Below are positions 1 through 9,040 of a stretch of 64,000 nt of DNA, piece by piece. Within the stretch, counting starts at the first letter, position 1. Every line of letters starts with the position of its first letter. The notes below the pieces were generated by a model that saw only the letters and a program-made list of their open reading frames with translations, ran no database searches and was not told the origin of the DNA. Source of the stretch: Candidatus Saccharimonadales bacterium (GTDB lineage Bacteria; Patescibacteriota; Saccharimonadia; Saccharimonadales; UBA4665); contig DASVRW010000002.1 of NCBI GenBank assembly GCA_036388415.1, positions 353,396 through 417,395 of the forward strand, given 5' to 3'. The translations under genes were made by a program, and so were the position numbers.

Positions 1-2122
1 GCACTTTATCTCGGTTACGCTTGTGAAGATCATCAAGGTCTTTCAAATCGCTACGATCGGTCGCCTGAAAGCCAAAGCTCGATTCTTTCTGCAGCTTATC
101 AGCACCAATGTTACTGGTCATGATTACGATTGTATTCGTGAAATCAATCCGGCGACCCTTCGCATCAGTCAGATAGCCGTCTTCCAGCATTTGCAACATC
201 ATATTGAAGACATCTGGGTGCGCTTTTTCTATCTCATCGAAGAGTACCAAACTGTACGGTTGGCGGCGGATCTTATCGGTCAGTTGCCCACCCTCGTCGT
301 AACCGACATATCCTGCCGGCGCGCCAACCAGGCGCGAGACGTTATGATGCTCGCCAAATTCACTCATATCAATTTTGACGAGCGCGTTTTCTGAGCCAAA
401 GAATTCTCGAGCCAGCACCCGTGCCATCTCCGTTTTACCAACACCAGTTGGCCCAAGGAATATGAATGATCCGATCGGCCGGTTGGTCGCGCCAATACCT
501 GAACGGTTTCGGCGGATAGCCCGTGACACAGCTTCAACGGCTTCCGATTGGCCAATAACATATTTACTGAGCGTCTTCTCAAGGCCAATTAAGTACTTTG
601 CTTCGGCACGAATAACCTTCTTCGTAGGGACGCCAGTTATACGTGACACAACCTCAGCGACGTCTTCGCTCGAAACCTTGAGGCGCTTTACTTCGGGCGC
701 ATTTTTAGCTAGCTTGGCCAGCTCTTCGTTGATCTGAGAAGCACGAGTTTTTTCGCGGGCTGCTTTTTCGTAATCTTCGCTGTCGACAGCTTCTTCGATA
801 CGCGTGTTGACAAGCTTCAGCTCTTTTTGCAATTTGCGAACTTCCGGCGATGTCTTGCCTTTATCAACGCGCAGGTGTGCAGCCGTCTCATCGAGTAGGT
901 CAATTGCCTTATCCGGCATGAAGCGGTCATTAATGTAGCGCTTGGCAAGTGTTACGGTATCTTCTAGTACCTCATCGCTAATGACGACACCGTGGAAATT
1001 CTCGTAATGCTTACGGAGACCTTTTAATATTGCCAGTGTTTCAGACGGAGTTGTTTCCGGTACTTGCACCGGTTGGAAGCGCCGTTCCAGGGCGGCGTCC
1101 TTTTCGATATGCTTGGTATACTCGCTGGTCGTAGTTGCACCAATTACTTGGATTTTTCCGCGGGCTAGTGCCGGTTTCAAAATGTTACCAGCATCCATGG
1201 CACCTTCGGCGGCGCCGGCACCAACTATCAAGTGCAGCTCATCAATAAAGACAATTGTTTTCTTGTCCTTTTCGAGTTCGCTCATGACTTTTTTCAGCCG
1301 CTCTTCAAATTCACCACGGTACTTTGTACCAGCAATCATTCCCGCTAGATCGAGCATGACAATACGCTTATCGAGCAGGCTGTCTGGCACATCTTCGCTG
1401 ACAATACGCTGCGCTAAGCCTTCGACAATTGCCGTCTTACCGACTCCAGGCTCACCGATGAGCACCGGGTTGTTCTTAGTGCGGCGGTTCAGAATCGTAA
1501 TAACGCGGCGTATCTGCGCTTCCCGGCCGACAACTGGATCAAGCTTATTGTTGCGCGCCTGGGCAGTTATATCAGTTCCATAGTGATCAAGAGCGGTTTT
1601 CTTGCCCTTTTTGGACCGCGTAGAGCCACCATCGGTACCTGCCTCTGACTCTTCGTATTGTTGGCGGTTCAGGAACTGTTCAAGCTCGTTCATAAGACTA
1701 TCGACGTCGATATTCATATCGCGTAGTAGTATGGTTGCTCGGGCGTTTTTTTGGCTGATGATACTGAACAGGATATGTTCCGTACCACAAAATTCTTGGC
1801 TGTAATCCTGAGCAACATCATACGCCATCTTGAGTGTTAGTTTGGCTGTTTCGCTGAGGCCTTTGGCACCCATATTGATGACTAAAGTTTTTGGCGTTAA
1901 ATTCAATGCCATGCGGGCGCGGTCGAGCGTGACTCCAGAACCTTCCAGGATTTTGGCGCCCATACTAGAATCCTGCGCCAGTACACCGAGAAGTAGATGC
2001 TCCGTACCGATGTAGGCACTACCAAAACTACGGGCAATTGCATCAGCGTGCTTCAACGAATTGAGCGCGTTGTTGGTCAAGTGATTTAAAAATTCTCTAA
2101 AATCTGGACTATTTGGCATCAT
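1..2122 (-). CDS. clpC: ATP-dependent Clp protease ATP-binding subunit ClpC (C-terminus runs off left window edge)
   Basis: Absent from the ORF track because no stop lies in the window. Hand translation of the minus strand from ATG 2122 (RBS AAAGGTGG) gives [15 protein letters not shown]... It shows Clp_N repeats, Walker A GEPGVGKT and GPTGVGKT, and a UVR-like linker [20 protein letters not shown]. The frame stays open to position 1. Confidence 0.9.
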   Translation of the reverse strand, partial: MMPNSPDFREFLNHLTNNALNSLKHADAIARSFGSAYIGTEHLLLGVLAQDSSMGAKILEGSGVTLDRARMALNLTPKTLVINMGAKGLSETAKLTLKMAYDVAQDYSQEFCGTEHILFSIISQKNARATILLRDMNIDVDSLMNELEQFLNRQQYEESEAGTDGGSTRSKKGKKTALDHYGTDITAQARNNKLDPVVGREAQIRRVITILNRRTKNNPVLIGEPGVGKTAIVEGLAQRIVSEDVPDSLLDKRIVMLDLAGMIAGTKYRGEFEERLKKVMSELEKDKKTIVFIDELHLIVGAGAAEGAMDAGNILKPALARGKIQVIGATTTSEYTKHIEKDAALERRFQPVQVPETTPSETLAILKGLRKHYENFHGVVISDEVLEDTVTLAKRYINDRFMPDKAIDLLDETAAHLRVDKGKTSPEVRKLQKELKLVNTRIEEAVDSEDYEKAAREKTRASQINEELAKLAKNAPEVKRLKVSSEDVAEVVSRITGVPTKKVIRAEAKYLIGLEKTLSKYVIGQSEAVEAVSRAIRRNRSGIGATNRPIGSFIFLGPTGVGKTEMARVLAREFFGSENALVKIDMSEFGEHHNVSRLVGAPAGYVGYDEGGQLTDKIRRQPYSLVLFDEIEKAHPDVFNMMLQMLEDGYLTDAKGRRIDFTNTIVIMTSNIGADKLQKESSFGFQATDRSDLKDLDDLHKRNRDKV

Positions 2123-2238
2123 AGTTTTGTACCACCTTTTCTCATTTCTACATTGTAACGGCTCAGAATGAAAATTTGCTGTGAGGAATCCCACGTCTAT
2201 CTGCATTTTCGCGGTGAGCTATACAGCTATCATACTAA

Positions 2239-2269
2239 AATTAGCACTCTCAAGTCAAGAGTGCTAATT
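2239..2269 (-). terminator. Hairpin directly downstream of nusA stop (12-bp perfect stem AATTAGCACTCT/AGAGTGCTAATT, 7-nt loop)
   Basis: Perfect inverted repeat seen 26 nt after the nusA stop. On the minus strand it is followed by TTTTAGT. Confidence 0.55.
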
Positions 2270-2294
2270 ACGACATAATCTATAGCAGTGAAAT

Positions 2295-3455
2295 CTATTC
2301 GCCGTGTTCTTCGATCGCTTCCAGCAGGCTGTTTTCCAGATCTGATTTGCGCTTCAGCTTTGGAACTTTAGGCAGTTCGGTTGTCTCAACGATACCTTCG
2401 GATACTTCAGCCTGCGGCTTGTCAGCTTCAATATCGATGTCGTAACCAGCAAGTTTGCTAGCAAGACGAACATTTTGGCCGCTTTTACCGATTGCGATGC
2501 TGAGCTGGTCCTCGGGAACAATAACGCGGGCTTTTTTGCGCTCTTCGTCGAGAACTACTCGGCTAACTTTAGTTGGGCTCAGTGCACCGATAATATATTC
2601 AGTTGTGTCTTCGTTCCAGACAACAATATCAATCTTTTCCTGTTCGCCAATTTCGCTCATAACTGCATTAACACGGGTTCCATGGCCACCAACGAAGGTA
2701 CCGACTGGATCGACGCCAGGTACGTTGCTGGATACAGCTATTTTGCTACGGACACCGGCTTCACGGGCAATGCCCTTGATTTCGACGGCACCGCTTTCCA
2801 TTTCAGGCACTTCAGCACGAAACAGCCATTCGACGAACTGCGTGTTGCCGCGCGATACAACTAGCTGTGGACCGCGGAAACCGCGCTCGACATCTTTCAA
2901 GAAGACCTTTAGCCTCTGGCCAGGATAGTAGCGTTCGCCTTGAATCTGTTCTGAACGCGGCATAATTCCCTGGGCTTTGCCAAGATCGATCCGGACGATA
3001 TTCCCTTCAACTCGCGAGACAACTGCATTGATGACAGTGCCGATCTTGTCTTCGAATTCTGCCATGACAATTTCACGCTCCGCTTCGCGCAGACGCTGCA
3101 AGATGACCTGCTTTGCTGTCTGGGCAGCAACACGGCCGAAATTTTCTACTTTTTCATGAATTTCGATAATATCGTCTTTTTTGGCATCCTTTTTAATCAG
3201 CTGAGCATCTTCAATACTGATTTCATAGTCGGGATCACCGACTCGCTCAACGACATCCTTTTGTACGTAGGCGTCAACGTCACCAGTGTTGAGGTTCATA
3301 GTGACACGGACATCCTGTTCGCGGTCGCCATAATCGCGGCGATAGGCAGCGGCCAGGGCTTGCTCAACGACTTCCTGAACAGTTTCTTCCGGCAAGTTTT
3401 TTTCCTCGGCAATTGCTTTGATGGCGACACCTAATTGTTTAAAATCCATGTCCAT
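2295..3455 (-). CDS. nusA: Transcription termination/antitermination factor NusA
   Basis: 386-aa ORF. N-terminus MDMDFKQLGVAIKAIAEEKNLPEE, an S1-like segment and KH segments (IGKSGQNVRLASKLAGYDIDI) are typical of NusA. Confidence 0.9.
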   Translation of the reverse strand: MDMDFKQLGVAIKAIAEEKNLPEETVQEVVEQALAAAYRRDYGDREQDVRVTMNLNTGDVDAYVQKDVVERVGDPDYEISIEDAQLIKKDAKKDDIIEIHEKVENFGRVAAQTAKQVILQRLREAEREIVMAEFEDKIGTVINAVVSRVEGNIVRIDLGKAQGIMPRSEQIQGERYYPGQRLKVFLKDVERGFRGPQLVVSRGNTQFVEWLFRAEVPEMESGAVEIKGIAREAGVRSKIAVSSNVPGVDPVGTFVGGHGTRVNAVMSEIGEQEKIDIVVWNEDTTEYIIGALSPTKVSRVVLDEERKKARVIVPEDQLSIAIGKSGQNVRLASKLAGYDIDIEADKPQAEVSEGIVETTELPKVPKLKRKSDLENSLLEAIEEHGE

Positions 3456-3547
3456 TGGTTTCTCCTTTTGGTTAACGGTATTTTCTTCTTACGGACTTAT
3501 TCATTATCTGAAGTTCTAATAATCTCAAGTCGCAAGAGTTTCTTATG

Positions 3548-3571
3548 AAAAAATCCGACCAGCTGGCCGGA
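3548..3571 (-). terminator. Rho-independent terminator after the 3635-4273 gene
   Basis: Minus strand reads TCCGGCCAGCTGGTCGGA (stem with one G.U pair, AGCT loop) followed by TTTTTT. Confidence 0.6.
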
Positions 3572-3634
3572 TCGAACATCTACAATTATACATACGAATG
3601 ACGGTGACTGTCAATGTCGACCTCGTATTAGCAG

Positions 3635-4273
3635 CTATTCCGGTGTTCCGAAGCCAATACCGCCTTCAATGTTATCCAATCGCCTTAAATAGCTATCACG
3701 ACTGCCTGCTATGTCCTTCTCAGCTTGATGTTCAAACATGGCAGTGGCCGCTACGCTGACAACAAGTCCGCCTATAAACATCGGCAGAAGACCGCCGGTT
3801 GCTTCTGCGCGGTAGACGATGTCTGCCGTAACTCCAGTACAAAACCCACTAATAGGTAAGATTGCAGTCATGAGTGGCCTCTCTCTTGGATCATCGTATG
3901 GTGAAACATGCAGTGTTTGCGGGTCAAGCTGTTCCTTTTCGATAAGAGCATCTCCTTCGATACTAAGGACGGAGATATATTGACCGTTTTCGCTACTATC
4001 AGGATTTCGTATATGTGCCAAATTACTGATTTGCCGACTACTCCACCAGTCGGCCTGCGTTCGATCTCCGATCAAACCAACTGCCATACCGGCCACAATG
4101 CCAACAACCGTCATGGCTTCGGATCTGTCAGCCATTGGCAAAGCTTGGCCAACCGCGCCTGTTAGCAAACCAGTACCGACTGATATACGGCTCAGCACGG
4201 TAGAAGCGGCAAATCTACGCTGTATACTGTCTCTAGCATTTTGGACAGATTTCTCATGAGAAGCACGAAACAT
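3635..4273 (-). CDS. Hypothetical membrane protein
   Basis: 212-aa ORF with several hydrophobic Gly/Ala-rich segments. No recognisable motif. Confidence 0.5.
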   Translation of the reverse strand: MFRASHEKSVQNARDSIQRRFAASTVLSRISVGTGLLTGAVGQALPMADRSEAMTVVGIVAGMAVGLIGDRTQADWWSSRQISNLAHIRNPDSSENGQYISVLSIEGDALIEKEQLDPQTLHVSPYDDPRERPLMTAILPISGFCTGVTADIVYRAEATGGLLPMFIGGLVVSVAATAMFEHQAEKDIAGSRDSYLRRLDNIEGGIGFGTPE

Positions 4274-4393
4274 AGATTTTAATCATACGTTTATTATGAT
4301 TTTTGTCAAGTGTCTACACGACCGTTCATCGGTGATACTATAGAAGTTACGCAGGTTCATCAGCAAATACACGCAGTTCACAGGAGGTTTACC

Positions 4394-7015
4394 ATGAGCG
4401 CATCGGTCACGAGGTTATTTACACAGTTTCAGCCAGAACATTATGACCTGGCACTCGAGCTAGATAGAGCCAATATGAGTTTTCGGGGCCAGATTACCAT
4501 CACGGGCCGAAAAACTGGCCGGCCGAGTAAGCGGCTGACCTTTCACGCCAAAGACCTCAAAATTACTTCGGCAAGCGTATCGGTAACTGATAAAAAAGGG
4601 TTGCGTGATGTAGCTATTGAGCGCATCAATCTGCAGAAATCGTTTCATGAAGTCCGGCTGCACGCATCCGAAATGCTATATCCTGGCAAGTACACCGTGC
4701 AGCTAGATTTTGAAGCGCCAATAACACCTGGTATGACCGGTCTGTATCCTTGTTACTATAAGCTTGAGAACCAGGAATTTGCTTTGCTGGCGACGCAGTT
4801 TGAGAGTCATCATGCCCGCGAAGTTTTCCCCTGTATTGATGAGCCAGAAGCCAAAGCAACGTTTGATTTGACACTGGTGACAGAACCCGGCGTGACGGCA
4901 CTGGGCAATACACCCGTCAAGAGCCAGGTTACGACCGACCCAGCCGCGCAAACCGCATCCGAGGCAGAAAACAATACCGAAGCCAAAATGACGACGACCT
5001 TTGAAACGACGCCGCGTATGAGTAGCTACTTACTGGCATTCGTTGTTGGCGATATGCAGTCGAAATCTGCCAAGACTACAAGCGGCGTAGAAGTGAGTGT
5101 TTGGTCTACCCGGGCGCAGCCGATTGATTCGCTGGACTTCGGACTGGATGCAGCGGTTCGCAGTATAGAATTCTTCGAAGATTACTTTGGCGTAGCCTAT
5201 CCACTGCCGAAGGCGGAGCATGTTGCTCTGCCCGATTTCAGCAGCGGTGCGATGGAAAACTGGGGGCTCATCACCTACCGTGAGCGCGTCCTGCTGGCAT
5301 ACCCCGGTGAATCGTCCCAATCAATCAAAGAAACAATTGCCCTGGTGGTTGCCCACGAGACATCGCACCAATGGTTCGGGAACCTCGTTACAATGAAATG
5401 GTGGAATGACCTCTGGCTCAATGAATCATTTGCCAACATGATGGAGTATCAGGCAGTTGATGCTATGTTCCCTGAGTGGCATGTCTGGGACACCTTCGTA
5501 GCGGCCGAAGGCCTGTCGGCGCTCCGCCGCGATGCTACGCCTGGCGTGCAGGCTGTTCGCGTCGAGGTTAACCATCCTGACGAAATCAGCACACTGTTTG
5601 ATCCATCCATCGTCTACGCCAAGGGCGGCCGACTGCTGTACATGCTAAAAAGTTATATCGGTGATGATAATTTCAGAAAAGGCCTGAGTCAGTACTTCAC
5701 AAAATTTGCCTACAAAAACACTGAGGGCAGCGATCTGTGGAAAGAACTAAGCGATGTCAGTGGTGTCGATGTGGCGGCATTTATGAATCCGTGGCTCGAG
5801 CGCCCCGGCTTCCCCGTTGTAACTGTGTCGCAAAACGGCAAAACGGCATCGATCGGTCAGCGGCATTTTTCCGACAATCCGGACAAAGCCGATAAGGCCC
5901 GTATATGGCCCGTACCGCTGTTTGCAGGTGACGGCACAACACTACAATTGTTAGACTCGCCTTCGATTGAGGTTGAGTTAACAAGTGACGATCCTCTACA
6001 CATCGACAAAGATGCGCGCGGCCATTACATCGTCAACTATAGTCAATTTGCACACCGAGGCGCCCTGGCATCCCGCGTAGCGGCAGGAACATTGTCAAAC
6101 GCTGAACGGCTGATGCTACTCAATGACAATTCCATGTTGTCCCGCGCCGGCTACCGGCCGTTTGGCGATGTACTGAGCCTGCTGGCGGCGTATGGAAATG
6201 AAAGCAATGAATCCGTCTGGGACATTATGTCGCTTATTGTTGGTGAATCGCGGCGCTTCGTTGATGGCAGCGGCCACGCAGAGGAACTCGAAAAGCAGAT
6301 AAAGTCATTTATCCGAGGGCTTATCGCCGAGCAATTCGACCGGCTGGGGTGGGACGAACAATCCGGCGAGTCAGCTGCCGACCAAAAACTACGCGCGCTT
6401 ATTATTGGACTTGGGTCGTATGCTGACGAGCCAGCAATCATCGAACAAGCCAAACAGCGCTTTACTGCCTACCAATCCGATCCGTCAAGCTTGTCGAGTG
6501 AGATACGCGCAATTGTCTTCGGGGTACCGATCAAACTGGGCGACGACACAGCCTTTGAATTTTTACTGCAACTGCACGATAGTACCAGTAACAGCGACCT
6601 CAAAGCCGACATATCCGGCGCACTGACTGCCACTCGCTCTGCAGACAAAGCAAAGCTTTTGCTGGAACGCATCAAAGATCCGAAAATCATTAAGCCCCAA
6701 GACGCTGACCGCTGGCTGGTATACCTAATGCGCAACCGCTATGTACGAGACGTCGGCTGGAATTTTATGGTCGACGAATGGTCGTGGATTGAAGAAACAT
6801 ACAAAAATGATAAATCATACGATTACATGCCCCGCTATGCTGCGGCTGCCTGCAATAGCCATGAATGGGCGGCAAAGTATAAAGACTTCTTTGAGCCAAA
6901 GCTCGACCAAGTCGTACTAAAACGCAACATCCTTATTGGAATTGAAGAAATTAACAACAGAGTCAATTGGCTGGAGCGCGACCTGGCATCTGTAGAAGCG
7001 TTTTTTGGTCAGTAG
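4394..7015 (+). CDS. pepN: M1-family aminopeptidase N
   Basis: GAMEN exopeptidase motif and zinc motif HETSHQWFGNLVT...WLNESFA. I prefer ATG 4394 (RBS AGGAGG 7 nt upstream) over the GTG 4310 of the ORF track. Confidence 0.85.
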   Translation: MSASVTRLFTQFQPEHYDLALELDRANMSFRGQITITGRKTGRPSKRLTFHAKDLKITSASVSVTDKKGLRDVAIERINLQKSFHEVRLHASEMLYPGKYTVQLDFEAPITPGMTGLYPCYYKLENQEFALLATQFESHHAREVFPCIDEPEAKATFDLTLVTEPGVTALGNTPVKSQVTTDPAAQTASEAENNTEAKMTTTFETTPRMSSYLLAFVVGDMQSKSAKTTSGVEVSVWSTRAQPIDSLDFGLDAAVRSIEFFEDYFGVAYPLPKAEHVALPDFSSGAMENWGLITYRERVLLAYPGESSQSIKETIALVVAHETSHQWFGNLVTMKWWNDLWLNESFANMMEYQAVDAMFPEWHVWDTFVAAEGLSALRRDATPGVQAVRVEVNHPDEISTLFDPSIVYAKGGRLLYMLKSYIGDDNFRKGLSQYFTKFAYKNTEGSDLWKELSDVSGVDVAAFMNPWLERPGFPVVTVSQNGKTASIGQRHFSDNPDKADKARIWPVPLFAGDGTTLQLLDSPSIEVELTSDDPLHIDKDARGHYIVNYSQFAHRGALASRVAAGTLSNAERLMLLNDNSMLSRAGYRPFGDVLSLLAAYGNESNESVWDIMSLIVGESRRFVDGSGHAEELEKQIKSFIRGLIAEQFDRLGWDEQSGESAADQKLRALIIGLGSYADEPAIIEQAKQRFTAYQSDPSSLSSEIRAIVFGVPIKLGDDTAFEFLLQLHDSTSNSDLKADISGALTATRSADKAKLLLERIKDPKIIKPQDADRWLVYLMRNRYVRDVGWNFMVDEWSWIEETYKNDKSYDYMPRYAAAACNSHEWAAKYKDFFEPKLDQVVLKRNILIGIEEINNRVNWLERDLASVEAFFGQ

Positions 7016-7050
7016 TAAGCTACCTAAATTTACAAAGCGAGTAACGATCA

Positions 7051-7395
7051 CTAGTCCATTACATCAATAAAGGTATCGACCGTAAACTCTTGGCCACTGA
7101 CTTCGATTGCCGCTAAGACGTATTCGTCGTTCCAGCGTCGTTCACGTACCCATGTTTCTGCAGCCCGCTGCATATGTTGCAGCTTCCTGGCATCAATATA
7201 GTCTAGGCCTGCACCATTTTTATCAGTTGCCCGGTATTTCACCTCGACAAAATAGATTGTGTTATCAAACCGTGCCACGATATCAATCTCGCAGTGCGGC
7301 CGCCGGTAATTCATTTCCAGAACGTCGTAGCCTTCGTCCGCAAGGAATGCGGCAGCGGCTTGCTCTGCCCGGCCGCCTGTCTCAACGCTCGTCAT
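7051..7395 (-). CDS. yraN: YraN-family (UPF0102) endonuclease-like protein
   Basis: GRAEQAAAAFLADEGYDVLEMNYRRPHCEIDIVA...FVEVKYR matches the YraN pattern. ATG 7395 is preferred to the TTG at 7422. Confidence 0.75.
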   Translation of the reverse strand: MTSVETGGRAEQAAAAFLADEGYDVLEMNYRRPHCEIDIVARFDNTIYFVEVKYRATDKNGAGLDYIDARKLQHMQRAAETWVRERRWNDEYVLAAIEVSGQEFTVDTFIDVMD

Positions 7396-7482
7396 TATGC
7401 TGGCAACTTCGAATCGTGGCAATATGCATACATGCGTCAGATTGTACCACGCTCAACAAACACCCACACTACAGTTTCAGGC

Positions 7483-8049
7483 TTAATGATTAAGGAGGGC
7501 TTGTATCGGCTTGAAGGATTTTCGATGCAGCACCGTCACGCCGTGCGTCTGAAGTGCAGCGATGTGTTGTGCCGTGCCATACCCGACGTGTCGTTCAAAC
7601 CCATACAGTGGGTAGTCGACAGCCTGAGTAGCCATATAATCATCACGCGCAACCTTGGCTACAATACTGGCAGCACTGACTTCTGGTATAAGCCCGTCGG
7701 CTTTGACTAAGGTCGTAACGTGTGCGTACTGTGGCAAAAAATTATAATTACCGTCGATAATAATAGCTTCGTACGGGTATTTGATCTGTGCAATTGCCTG
7801 TTCCATTGCTGATTTGACAGCTGCTGTAATACCACTTATGTCAATAGCTTCCGGCCACACCCAGCCGATGCCAACTGATGCTGCATTAGCATGGATCAGC
7901 TTCGCGAGCAGTTCACGCTGGTTTTTGCTGAGTGTTTTGGAGTCTTGTAAGCCAGCGATTGGTATTTCTGGGTCCAGTACGACCGCAGCCGCTACCAGCG
8001 GACCGGCCCAACATCCCCTGCCAACTTCGTCGATGCCGATAATTACCAT
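7483..8049 (-). CDS. rnhB: Ribonuclease HII
   Basis: N-terminal IGIDEVGRGCWAGPLVAAAV and a C-terminal HR.SF motif. Confidence 0.9.
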   Translation of the reverse strand: MVIIGIDEVGRGCWAGPLVAAAVVLDPEIPIAGLQDSKTLSKNQRELLAKLIHANAASVGIGWVWPEAIDISGITAAVKSAMEQAIAQIKYPYEAIIIDGNYNFLPQYAHVTTLVKADGLIPEVSAASIVAKVARDDYMATQAVDYPLYGFERHVGYGTAQHIAALQTHGVTVLHRKSFKPIQALLNH

Positions 8050-8082
8050 AGACTCACTATAGCAAGCGAAAATACTTAAAGA

Positions 8083-8379
8083 CTAATGGCTATCATCGCG
8101 GTCAGCGCCACTATAGCCGCCTAACGGGTCATAAAATTTAGCAAAGACCGGCTCGACCGTCTCACCGATATACATAAAGCGCGGCTTCATAATGCCGTCA
8201 GCGATAACTTCCTCGAAGAACATTTTGTAAGGTCGCACCCAGACCTTGGCGCCGGCAGCGCCACTTAACTGAATGTAAGCGACCAGCTTCTCCTTCGTCT
8301 CACTGTGTTGGGCAACGCTGAGCACTAAATATAAGCCACCTTTGTAATGCTTATAGACGCCGGCTTGTAACTTATGCAT
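8083..8379 (-). CDS. DUF1653 domain protein
   Basis: YKHYKGGLYLVLSVAQHSETKEKLVAY...WVRPYKMFFEEV matches the DUF1653 signature as I remember it. Confidence 0.6.
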   Translation of the reverse strand: MHKLQAGVYKHYKGGLYLVLSVAQHSETKEKLVAYIQLSGAAGAKVWVRPYKMFFEEVIADGIMKPRFMYIGETVEPVFAKFYDPLGGYSGADRDDSH

Positions 8380-8404
8380 AATGATCGCGCCTCAGCGCCT
8401 GGAA

Positions 8405-8827
8405 CTACTTGGTTTCTTCAGCTGGCTCAGCAACAGGCGTTTCTTCGGCGACGGGCAATTCATTGACAGCGCGCTTGTCGAAATCAAGGCCAGTCAAGCG
8501 GGCAGCCTTGCCAGTACGCTCACGCATGTACGTAAGGTAGTTACGGCGGACTTTGCTACGCTTCGTCACTTCAACCTGCACAATAAGCGGGCTGTGTAGT
8601 AAGAAGCTCTTTTCGACACCAACGCCGCTGGCAATCCGACGAACAGTGATGCGGCTGGTGTGCGAACCTTTATTGTCGGTACGAATAACCAATCCCTGGA
8701 AGATCTGAACACGCTCTTTGTTGCCTTCGCGAATCTTCTGGTGCACCTTGACGGTATCACCGCTCTGGACGTCAACGACTGCCGGCTTTTTAAATTGACT
8801 TGCAAATGAGTTAACGATTGATTCCAT
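8405..8827 (-). CDS. rplS: 50S ribosomal protein L19 (with acidic C-terminal tail)
   Basis: GDTVKVHQKIREGNKERVQIFQGLVI...RRIASGVGVEKSF..HSP is a typical L19 core. Confidence 0.9.
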   Translation of the reverse strand: MESIVNSFASQFKKPAVVDVQSGDTVKVHQKIREGNKERVQIFQGLVIRTDNKGSHTSRITVRRIASGVGVEKSFLLHSPLIVQVEVTKRSKVRRNYLTYMRERTGKAARLTGLDFDKRAVNELPVAEETPVAEPAEETK

Positions 8828-8862
8828 GTATGTAACCTTACACTTAGTATTGCTTTTGATTC

Positions 8863-8891
8863 ACTATATCATATCTGTTAGGCGGAGACAA
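8863..8891 (-). promoter_or_regulatory. Candidate sigma70-type promoter for rplS (TTGTCT-N17-TATAGT)
   Basis: Minus-strand hexamers at 8891-8886 and 8868-8863 with a 17-nt spacer. It lies between repeat copy A and the rplS start. Confidence 0.4.
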
Positions 8892-8902
8892 TACTTACGT
8901 AT

Positions 8903-9033
8903 CTAAGTCTCAAAACCTCTCCATGAGCCTCGTCAACCTGTCCGCCCCTAAAATTTTTTATCTTTAGGATAAAACAATTTTGGGGCCGCCCCGCAGGTTG
9001 CCACTCAAGGTAGAGGTTTTAAGGCTCGGGTTT
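8903..9033 (+). repeat. Long-hairpin intergenic repeat, copy A
   Basis: Shares the core CCATGAGCCTCGTCAACCTGTCCGCCCCTAAAATTTT...AATTTTGGGGCCGCCCCGCAGGTTGCCACTCAAGG with copies B and C. Confidence 0.85.
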
Positions 9034-9040
9034 ACCTTAC

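Noticed and set aside
23-2015. Six plus-strand ORFs of 61-156 aa in the ORF track (23-394, 375-737, 1113-1583, 1602-1805, 1830-2015 and others).
   Set aside because: They lie antisense to a continuous, motif-rich ClpC reading frame that the track omits only because it runs off the window. Their sequences are low-complexity Ser/Arg/Pro-rich, typical of shadow ORFs.
2123-2238. A CtsR operator upstream of clpC.
   Set aside because: Only a single GTCAAG-like word is present, and it is part of the nusA terminator stem. There is no tandem heptad repeat.
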